Positions 54,427 to 64,000 of a stretch of DNA of 64,000 nucleotides are shown here, one piece after another. The stretch is from the NCBI RefSeq assembly GCF_006345805.1, contig NC_043013.1, forward strand, positions 30,566,001 through 30,630,000. Direction: 5' to 3'. Source of the stretch: Octopus sinensis (lineage: Eukaryota). A model generated the notes under the pieces. That model searched no databases and was not told the DNA's origin. It saw only the letters and a program-made list of their open reading frames with translations. The position numbers and the translations under genes were made by a program. Within the stretch, counting starts at the first letter, position 1; each line of letters begins with the position of its first letter.

Positions 54427-54428
<2 letters not shown>
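53910..54428. mobile_element. Palindromic element with ~200-bp inverted arms and a 114-bp core (MITE or PLE-derived fold-back)
   Basis: 53910-54112 vs the reverse complement of 54227-54428, roughly 90% identity by hand count. Confidence 0.85.
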
Positions 54429-54476
<48 letters not shown>

Positions 54477-55190
54477 CGTATAAATTCTATGTAAAAAAAC
54501 ACATTTTTGTATGGATCAGTATGTCTGGAACGTGTAAAAGTTATAGTTATACAATATTAACTTTAATTGATACGTAAACCAAGCAGAGGAGTATTTAGAG
54601 AACATACACCTCTATATCGAACCACATATTTTCCTTGCGTGAACGTACAGGTTGCAAGAGTAAGAAGCGGAACTTCTGTCAGAATAAATCTTGTAGGTTT
54701 GCAACATGATATTTTGCAGAAAAAAGCTTCCGGGAAGCCTTATGCTTTACAGAAGAGAAAAATGGCTATTCCTAGAAAGCACAATCACCTAAGGCGAGAC
54801 AAAACAACACAGATACATCGATATTAATAACTTCTATCCGTGTATGTTTCATAGAATCAGTAATTCCCCCGGTGTTTCAACTGTAACAAAATGTTTTGCA
54901 TAGGCATCAATGGCTTTCATTGATGTCGAATCAAAAAAATAATATGTACTCAGGCAAGTCCTTTGATGTGTTCCAGTCATTTTCCCATTTCAATATTGCA
55001 TTATCGGAATAACCTAGATGATACATATAATGCAACCTTCAACCAGTGATAATATATTCATATTCTCCAGAGGCTTGGTTATAAAGATATTAAGCAGATT
55101 TATGCACAGAATGCGTCTCCTGTACGGTTGATGCACTAAAATATACCATGACAACAGGCTAATGCATATGTGTGTGTATCACTCTCTCTT

Positions 55191-55258
<68 letters not shown>

Positions 55259-55342
55259 CATATATATACATGTATAAAATACATACGTGCGCGCACACTT
55301 ATGTATATGCATATACTCATGCAAATACGCTCATATATATGT

Positions 55343-55446
<104 letters not shown>

Positions 55447-55909
55447 ATATTATATATATATATATACGTCTGTGTATGTGTTTATGTGTATACGTGTGTG
55501 TTTGTATTTTATGTATGTTTCAATGTGTTGTACGTATATGTAATTCTGTGATTTTTAATTAACTGCAGTTTTTCATTTATTAGGCATGGCAATTCTTCAG
55601 CACTGCTTTCGAACGTCGATTGCCGTCACTCAAAAAATGCGTTCTGTTACTTAGTTGAATCTTGATGATGAGTTTTGTCAATCGCAATATCTATTCTGTT
55701 ATGTAGTTCGATGTTTATGCAAGACACAAATATTAGGCGGACATTGGCGTAGGTGGAGATAACCACTCCTTTACAAATGAAACAAAGTGTTGATCTGCTT
55801 GAAATTAAAGTAGACCACTAACAATTCCTGACAGTAAATTCACACACAGAAACATTTAACGCGACCATTTGGTCATGTATGTATATATGCATTTATAAGT
55901 TTATATATA

Positions 55910-55954
<45 letters not shown>

Positions 55955-55955
55955 A

Positions 55956-56030
<75 letters not shown>

Positions 56031-56099
56031 ATATATATATATATTTATATATATATATATATACATATATACATATATATATAATACATATATATATAT

Positions 56100-56860
56100 A
56101 TACACACACACACATACGGATACACATCTACGCACATACATTCACATATTTAATCACACATACTTATAGACATACAAGCACACACTAACATACAAACCAA
56201 CATGCACACACATACACACATACATAGATACACACACACATACATACTTACACACACACACACAGACATACATACACACATACATACACACATACATACG
56301 CACATACATACACACACACATCGCACATACACACACGCACACCTACATACATACATCCACCCACACACATACACACACACATACTTACATACTCCTATAC
56401 GCACATACATACACACAGATATACACACATACACACACACACATGCATGCACACGCGCAGTACGCATACAGGCAGACATGCATACACACACACACGCACG
56501 CACATATACATACATACACACACATACGTACACCCATACACATACATGCATCCTACACACACAGACATACACACACACACACTCACTCACACACCTGCAT
56601 GTACGCGCACACACACGCACATACACACACTTCCACACACACACACGTACATACATACACACTCATACACATACACACACACACACACACGGACATACAT
56701 CTATACACACACATATACACACACATACTTACATACATTCATCGGACACACTGACACCCGGACATACACACAGACACACTCACACATCCACACACACACA
56801 TAACTACACACACACTCGCAGGCGCGCGCACATACATGCTTGTGCGCGCTCGCGCACGCA
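56100..56860. repeat. Long degenerate (CA)n/(CATA)n tract
   Basis: Directly visible; source of the His/Thr-rich 409-aa ORF. Confidence 0.9.
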
Positions 56861-56869
56861 TACGCGCAT

Positions 56870-57690
56870 GCATGCACCAAGCTCGTGGGTACCGACTATT
56901 TCTCCTGTCCGTATCTGGGGCGGGTGCGTGTCTTTGGGTTCTCCCACGCCTGTCGCCGCGGGACCACTCTTCCATCTTTCCCTCAGCTGCAGTTTTTTTT
57001 CCTTAATACCCCCCTTGTTGTACACACACGCACACACATACACACACCCACTCACACACACACATTTGCATATACATATACATTACATTTACACACACGT
57101 CAAATTTACTTGCCTTACATACAACTACGCACACTGGACACACACACACTACCACTCAACACACACACTGGCACGTTACATACGCCCCCACCCTTTCCCT
57201 CCTTCCCTTCTTCCCTCCTTCCTCCTTTTTTTACTACTGACCACTCACTCGAGACTTGCTATGTCAACTACTGTTCGCCCTACCTTACACACTTACATAC
57301 TGACGCACGCACTAACATATACATATATTTTTTGTTTTTTATCTCGCCTCACACACACATGCACACACTCACACATACATACACATCATTTTTTGTTACC
57401 AAACTTCCTGTCTCCACTCTTTTGGCTTTAAAAACCTACTTTGGCCTTGGTTTCCAAAACTTCCGGTCATTTCAGCATGTGTACTTCGTAAACACCAGTC
57501 GCGTTTTTTTTCCCTCTTTCGCCCACATCGGGATCTTTCTTCTTTCTTCCTTCTCTTATGTTTCCGACGAAGAGCTCCGCTCGAAACGTCATACCTTCCT
57601 TCTTCCATTTTCCTGAGCGCCTAATAATAATAATACTGTAATTGTTCCACGTGTTGTTGTTTTTTCTGTTTTCCCGTTTCGATTAACCTT
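56870..57690 (+). mobile_element. Non-coding repeat ending in an HHR-like motif (57558-57594); probable PLE terminal repeat
   Basis: CCGACGA(57564-57570)-A-GAGC/tcc/GCTC-GAAAC-GTC(57590), followed by ttcctgagcg as in the 20366/53246 family; ends at (TA)n. The 5' boundary is uncertain. Confidence 0.55.
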
Positions 57691-58773
57691 ATATATATAT
57701 ATATATATATATATAAGTCCAAAATACTAATTGCGCATACGCAGTACACGAACACACACTCACCCAAACAGCCACCCACATATTTATAGATATGTATGGA
57801 AGATATTTTGAACGAATGTTTCTCTCTGTTGCGTAGCTTTAACTTGTTTGAGGTCAGTAACGTTCAGAGAATTTACTTCTGGACGTCAGCTTATACAGCG
57901 GAAAATAGAAACTTTCTTTCTGAAACTTGATACCGAATATTTACCAAATTTTCCTCTAACTTAACTTTTGATGTAAATGACATTTTCTGTCACTGCAACG
58001 TTTTATTTTCTATTTCAGGTGCTAATGAAATCAAAATATCAAATTTCATTCTTATGTTTTCTGTTTTTACGTTGCATTAATTGAACCTCTTCAATTTCAT
58101 ACTGGTCTTCTCGTAGAGGATCTGTATCATCGTAGGTGTTATAAGTTGTTCATCGTCGCAGTATATAGCCGTAGAAATTATGCGCTATACCATTTTTGTA
58201 GTGAAACCCCTCGGGCATATTCTCTTTTATTTCAACGCCATTCCACCATAACTTCGTTTTTTCTCCTTCTTCCAGTGATGCGGCTGCTGTGATCTGTACG
58301 CTATAATCTACAACTATACAACATTTTATGTCTTTCTTCGGGAATAGGGGCTACTAAAAGACATTTCAAGGCCACGTATGTCTTATACTTGCTTGTTTAA
58401 TGCAAAAAAAAAAAAACAAGGCAGAGAGGCTTATATCTAACTCTACTTGTGAAGAACGGCGATTCACTTCTAGGAAACGTGACTGCAACATTATCGATTT
58501 CTCACTATTGGTGGTGATGAAAAGTTTCTGACTTTAGGCGAAAAAATATACAGGAGGATCAGTTAATTATGATTTTAATCAACATATCACCCTCTCCAAT
58601 TAACGCACTTATTGCAGCGATCCTTCATTTTTTTCTAAATCCAGTAAAAGAACTCGTAAGATCTGCACCCCAAATAGGCCTTTCGTGATACTCTTGAAGT
58701 CGGAAGCTTTACAGCACCCAACCGTTCATGTCCATATAGTAACATTAGATTGTAAATATTGATTCAAATTTAC

Positions 58774-58977
58774 GGCGGTGAGCTGGCAACAACGTTAGCA
58801 CACCGGTATTTCATCTGTCGCTGCTTCCTGAGTTCAAATTCCGCTGAGGTCGACTTTGCCTTTCATCCTTTCGGGGTCGATAAATTAAGTACCATTTGCG
58901 TACTGGGGTCGATATACTCAACTGTCCCCCACACCCTCAAAAAGAAAATTCAGGCCTTGTGCCTAGAATAGAAAAAG
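58774..58977 (+). mobile_element. tRNA-derived SINE family B
   Basis: ggcggtgagctggcaacaacgttagc...gagttcaaattccgctgaggtcgactttgcctttcatcctttcggggtcgataaattaagtacc. Confidence 0.85.
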
Positions 58978-59050
58978 CATATTGTTTCAACTTTAATACA
59001 ATTACAGTAATCTTTGGCAAGGGCGAAACATTTCTTAACCGATATTATAT

Positions 59051-59450
59051 TCTTTCCTAATCTAGGCACAAGGCCCGAAATATTTGGGGAGAGGGCCATT
59101 CTATTAGATCGTCCTCAGTACGCAACTGGTGCTTAATTTATCGACCCCCGAAAGGATAAGAGGCAAAGTCGACCTCGGCAGAATTTGAACTCAGAACGTA
59201 GGGACAGAAAAAATACCTATTTCTTTACAACCCACAAGGGGCTAAACACAGAGGGGACAAACAAGGACAGACAAACGGATTAAATCGATTACTCGACCAC
59301 AGTGCGTAACTGGTATTTAATTTATCGGCCCCGTAAGAAGGAAAGGCAAAGTCAACCTCGGCGGAATTTGAACTCAGAACGTAGCGGCAGACGAAATACG
59401 GTTACGCATTTCGCCCGGCGTGCTAATGTTTCTGCCAGCTCGCCGCCTTA
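59051..59450 (-). mobile_element. tRNA-derived SINE family B, dimeric form
   Basis: Two gtcgacctcggc(a/g)gaatttgaactcagaacgtag units joined by aaatacctatttctttac...aaacggatt; the head ends gccagctcgccgcctta. Confidence 0.88.
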
Positions 59451-59494
59451 TGACCGATGTTATATTATAACAGCCCGAAAGAATATCATGCTAC

Positions 59495-59996
59495 ACTGAC
59501 ATTGGTGCAATTTGAACTCAGAACGTAAAGAGCTGGAAGAAATGCAACAAATCCTGTTGCCCAATGAGATAATAATCCTGGCAGCACTCCAGCACTTTGG
59601 CGTTAAGTGTTATAGTAGTATATTACAGATATTTAAGGATTTATTTATAATAGAAGACTTTTCATATCGATCGTAATATTACACTTGGTGTAAGGCGGCG
59701 AGCTGAGAGAAACTTTCTGGCATTTCACCCGTCTTTACGTTCTAAGCTGAAAACTTCACCGATCCTAAAAAGGATTTCATCGATCCTGAAAAGAATTTCA
59801 TCTTTTCAGGATTGATAAAATACGTACCTGTTGGGTCGATGGAATCGATTTAGACCCTCCACTGGCTTTGAACAAGGTCCGAAATTTTTGGAGAGGGTGC
59901 CAGTCGATTAGATCGACTCCAGTATGCAACTCGTACTAAATTTTTCGAACCCAAATTGATAAGTGGCAAAGTCGACCTCGGTGGAATAATTTGAAA
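59495..59996. mobile_element. Cluster of truncated family-B SINE pieces in alternating orientation
   Basis: About 59495-59590 (-), 59692-59870 (+) and 59869-59996 (-) carry head and central-domain motifs. Confidence 0.65.
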
Positions 59997-60039
59997 CGAA
60001 TATTACACGTGGTGTGTACTATGTTCGTTTATTCGATAT

Positions 60040-60347
60040 TTTTATGTGCCCTTTTCAAGCCTATCTAGGCTCATGGGCCCGGTTTCCCGGTTTCTATGGC
60101 GTGTGTGTCTCCCCAGCTGGACGGAACGCCAGTCCATCGCAGCGTTACACAAGAAAGAAGAAGACAGTGTGAGAGACAATTGGGGCGAAATAGTACAAAA
60201 GGGGTCGCCACCACCCTCTGCGGAGCCTCGTGGAGCTTTAGGCGCTTTCGCTCAATAAACACACAAAACACCTGGTCTATGAATTAAAACCGCGATCAGA
60301 GGATCGCGAGCCCGCTACTCTAACCATTGGGCCATTGCACCTCCACG
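60040..60347 (-). mobile_element. tRNA-derived SINE (distinct family with the gcccggtttcccggtttctatggcg tail region)
   Basis: Reverse complement starts with a tRNA-like gtggaggtgcaatggcccaatggttagagtagcggg; central ccccagctggacggaacgccagtccatcgcag block. Confidence 0.6.
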
Positions 60348-60970
60348 TTCATTCGTTATAGATATGAATATTTTTTTTTTCTGTTATGCCCCGTTGAGAT
60401 ATTCTTGTCTCTCTTTGCAGACCCATTATTGTAATTCATTAAAATAACTTCGCTTAATTCATCAAGAATTCTAGCCTCATAGGTGACTATTTACATGGCT
60501 GAAAGACACTTTCTAACAAATTATATTTACAAAACATTACTGAAAACATGTATATCTGAGAAATCACATGACCGATAGTATAGTATGCAGTGGATCACAA
60601 AGGAAAATTTTGAATTCAACGGAAATTTCTTACCTATTCAGACAAACTGTAAATATAAATTTCTAACACTGTTACACGGTAAGTGGGAGGGGAGATATTA
60701 TTTCGGTGAAAAGTACCCAATTGACTGCCAATTTCTTTCCTTTCATTCGTCAGTTTCTTCTTCCATATACTCTATAACACATGTTTATCTCATCCTATCT
60801 TCTCTGTTTACAAAATATTTTCTTGAAAATAAAATTTAGCATTGATTAAAATATATAATTTTATGTATGCTCCATAGTTCTTATATACTCTCTTCACAAA
60901 TTTCAGTTCATTAAAAACAATTAGATGTAACACACATTTTCTACTAATATATAATTCATGTTCACAGTAA

Positions 60971-61001
<31 letters not shown>

Positions 61002-61564
61002 TAGTGTAATGAAACGCAAAATAACTTATTTTGTTTTTCGTTTCGCAAAGAAATATAATACAATTATACGTAATTATGTTATTTCCAATAAGATTCGGAC
61101 GTAAAATATACAAATTATTTACATGAAGTTTCTGTTATTTCATCGTTGAAAATTTATCTTTGATAAATTAGCAGGAGGCAGGTTGCTTTTCACAAACTAG
61201 AATTTGTAAAATGCTTAGTGGAAGATACAATCTTTTACAATTGATCTTTATAATTTGGCTAAGGGTTCTTAAGTGAATTTGGTTCACATGAGACTCGATC
61301 ACCAGCAGTAACCTACAAAGTACAGCTTTATTATACGTTGTTGGACTCGACACACTAATAGTTCTGGTTAATTTAACTAAATGTGAAACTCACAGTTCCA
61401 GGGAAATCATGAAATGTTAAATTATATATACGAGTATTACATTTCATATGGGTGTGGAAGATGACATTACAGAATACTATTCTATATTTAAGAGATGAGG
61501 AATTATGTACATTATTTACATTATTTAGATTCGACAGATATTTGTCCCCACGTTGTTTATTGTT

Positions 61565-61610
61565 AACACAAAGTTTCGGCTGATATACTTTCCTGCCTTC
61601 TTCAGGTGTC
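61565..61610 (-). ncRNA. Minimal type-I hammerhead motif, stem III lesion
   Basis: GACAC-CTGAAGA-A-GGC..GCC-GAAAC-TTT-GTGTT; G16.2 is replaced by U. Confidence 0.65.
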
Positions 61611-62315
61611 TGCGGAAATTTCGAACCTGGGTTCTCATTCCTAAGGTATTTTTCGATGTTATTATCATTATTATTATTGTTGTTGTTGTTGTTGTTGCTG
61701 TTGCTGTTGCTGTTGTTATTGTTATTGTTCAGGTCACTGCTTGGAATCGAACTCGCAATCTTGGGGTTAGTAGACCGCGCTCTTAACAAGGAATACCAGC
61801 TGATTGTCTTTGTTTTGTTTTTGGCATTCTTGAATACATGCACCAAGTATGTATTCAGTACATCCGTATACTGCAAGCCGACCTTTACTGGACGATACCT
61901 CAACTTCAATTCCCAACATCCATACAGTGTAAAGAGAGGGATTTTTCAGTGCCTAAAACATCGTCGGGTGAAGTTAAAATAATAGACGGAGAACACCACT
62001 GGAAAATACGAAAGCTAAAAGAAGCAGCACATATGCTAGGACACAACAACCTCTTAAGCAGACCGAGTGTAGATGAATAGCATATCGGCACCGGTATTAA
62101 GGTAGGTTAGAAAATTATTAGATTTATAAGCCCTAAACTTCACTCCATAGTTGCCCACGGGCATATCGCGTAGTGGTTAAGAGCGAGGGCTACTTGCCGC
62201 AAGATCATGAGATTCAGTGACCAGAACAACAACAACAATGACAATAATAATAATAATAATAATAACATCGAAAAATAACTTAGGAGTGAGAACCCAGGTT
62301 CGAAATGTCCCCCAA

Positions 62316-62361
62316 GACACATGAAGAAGGCTGGTGGGTATATCAGCCGAAACGTCGTTTT
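62316..62361 (+). ncRNA. Minimal type-I hammerhead motif, C3A lesion
   Basis: GACAC-ATGAAGA-A-GGCTG/gtgggtatat/CAGCC-GAAAC-GTC-GTTTT. Confidence 0.65.
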
Positions 62362-63200
62362 AACAACAAACAAGATGAGATCACAGAAGTTTGGAGTATT
62401 ACTGCAAAGCGGATGACAGAGTATATATATGTATATCAGTTAGATAGAGGTTTCTTTGTATATCAGCAGCATTTATAATTATCAGGCGTGATAAGAAGGC
62501 ATGTACTCAGTTGCATGAACTATAACAAGACACCTATCCCCAAATACAACATCCACCGTAAAAAATTAAGAATGTTCTGTTTTGTGTAATCCTATATTTA
62601 TTGTGTAAAAGACATGATTCTTATAGTCTTTGAGGATTGTTCTGCTGAATCAGTGTTAATGTTTGACTAAACAACACAGCGACAGCAGCTTCTTCATTCG
62701 CCAATATTCCAATATCGGTTTAGCACAGACACATACATGTGTGATGAAATGGAAACACTCGATAGCATCAACACTCAGTTATAACACATATATCAATTAT
62801 CGATAATAGACGAATAACAAAGAAAAACTGGGCCCTATAAAATCGCAATGCAAAGAGATGGTGTCATTATTAGACCGATCAAGTGACATTTATTGTTTTT
62901 TCCTTTTTAATCTGAAGTATTTTTATTATATGAGTATGTGGGAGTGATAGCTCGAAGTACAAGAAAGAACATAAATGTGGAGGAGAGAGTTTGCGTAGTG
63001 ACTGATATTACTGTAGTGTAACCTTGTCCTCGGTGCACAGCCGGAATGTTTGTTATCGATTTTGAGCGAGAGATGGAGAGTGTAAGAAGAGATGGGTTTA
63101 ATTAATAAAGGAAAGGGATACGGAAAAATATATGAATCCTTCAGTTACCCGCCATCCTTTGAGTGTTCAAAGATTATTTGGTATTAATATCTAACGAATT

Positions 63201-63835
63201 TAAGGCAGCGAACTAACTGAATATTTAGCAAGCCGGGTAATATGCTTAGCGGCATTTCGTCCGTCTTCGCATACTTAGTTTAAATTGCGCCGAGATCGAC
63301 TTAGCGTTTAATTCTTTCGGGGTCGATAAATAAAGTACCAAGGGTCGATGTAATCAACTGCACCTCTACAATGATCTTGCTAACCGTGTGCCAAAATTTA
63401 AGGCAGTGAGCTGGCAGAATTATTTGCACGACGGACAAAATGCTTCTAAGTCCTGAAATTCCACCGAAGTCGACTTTACCTTTCAGTACCAGTTGAACAC
63501 TGAGAGCAGTGTAATCGACTTGACCCTTTCTGGAAAATACTGTCTTTGTATCAAAATTTGAAACCAATATATAGCGTATTTTCAGTAATTTTGCAAGCCG
63601 ATTAGGATTGTCTATTTTGCTACATGTGAAATATTGGTTTCATATTTTGGCACATGGTCAGCAATTTCGGGGAACGGTTAAATTAATCACATCGATCCTA
63701 CTGCTCAAATGGTAGTTAATCTATTGACATCAAAATAATGAATGTTAAAATCGACGTCGGTGGAATCCGAACGCCGACCATAAAATGGACTAAATGCCGC
63801 TAAGCATTTTTCTCAACGTGCCAGCTCGCCGCCAT
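63201..63835. mobile_element. Cluster of diverged family-B SINE copies (about 63201-63370 +, 63386-63530 +, 63640-63835 -)
   Basis: Head motifs aaggcag(c/t)ga(a/g)ct, central ctttcggggtcgataaa, and a reverse-complement head ending gccagctcgccgcc. Confidence 0.65.
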
Positions 63836-64000
63836 TGCTACATGTAAAATGTTAATTGAAATCTCAGCAAAGATATGTGAAATGCTTCTTTCTGCAGTAA
63901 ACTGTATATAAAGTATTTATATGTGCCAAATTACGTACACACACTCACACATGCATGTATGTGTGTGTGTGCCTGCGCGCGTGTATGTATGTTGTTTAAA

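Larger units (their letters stand above)
61479..62379 (+). mobile_element. Internally deleted Penelope-like element with inverted terminal repeats, each holding a tRNA-like head, (AAC/AAT)n and an HHR motif
   Basis: RT C-terminus LAFLN..FSTSVYCKPTFTGRYLNFNSQHPYSVKRGIF (61788-61963) is fused to the GIY-YIG end VKIIDGEHHWKIRKLKEAAHML (61970-62090). 61479-61787 is the reverse complement of the 62172-62379 repeat family. Confidence 0.85.

Noticed and set aside
55555-55610. Minus-strand CTGAAGA..GAAA followed by the palindrome aactgcagtt
   Set aside because: Extra A in the core, weak stem II and no stem I pairing; a coincidental match to the ACTGCAGT palindrome.
56202-57616. 409-aa and 258-aa His/Thr-rich ORFs
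   Set aside because: Translations of degenerate (CA)n tracts and a non-coding repeat; no domain motifs or splice context.
58020-58350. Possible exon or retroelement ORF remnant
   Set aside because: Stops in all frames tested on both strands and no diagnostic motif.
61731-61787. tRNA gene
   Set aside because: Only a truncated tRNA-derived head without an acceptor stem; the same applies to all SINE heads in the window.

Overview
AT-rich (about one third G+C by eye) eukaryotic, non-genic or intronic DNA, saturated with (TA)n/(CA)n/(ATT)n microsatellites and transposon debris. The microsatellite spectrum and tRNA-SINE families point to a coleoid cephalopod, most likely Octopus (inference from pattern recognition, not a database hit). 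No host protein-coding exon, rRNA or intact tRNA could be supported; most ORF-track entries are microsatellite read-throughs. Recognisable content: a young, near-intact 5'-truncated CR1-clade LINE nested in a SINE; RTE/BovB-like, restriction-like-endonuclease (RLE) and Gypsy remnants; two Penelope-like element (PLE) remnants; a DD37D (maT) and a Tc1/Tc3-like transposon; MITEs; and many SINEs. The main discovery is about ten type-I hammerhead ribozyme (HHR) motifs from several unrelated small repeat families. Two have complete catalytic cores (40937-41009 + and 49669-49779 -). The first sits in a 571-bp insertion equal to about 1.4 copies of a 403-bp unit that begins 7 nt after the cleavage-site position, the layout expected of a retrozyme/circular-RNA-templated or PLE partial-tandem insertion. 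Each family carries its own palindromic stem III (ACTGCAGT, ACGATCGT, ACAGCTGT, ACCGGT, ACGT, ATAT). One PLE terminal repeat joins a tRNA-derived Pol III-type head to an HHR. All ribozyme activity is predicted from manual inspection only.
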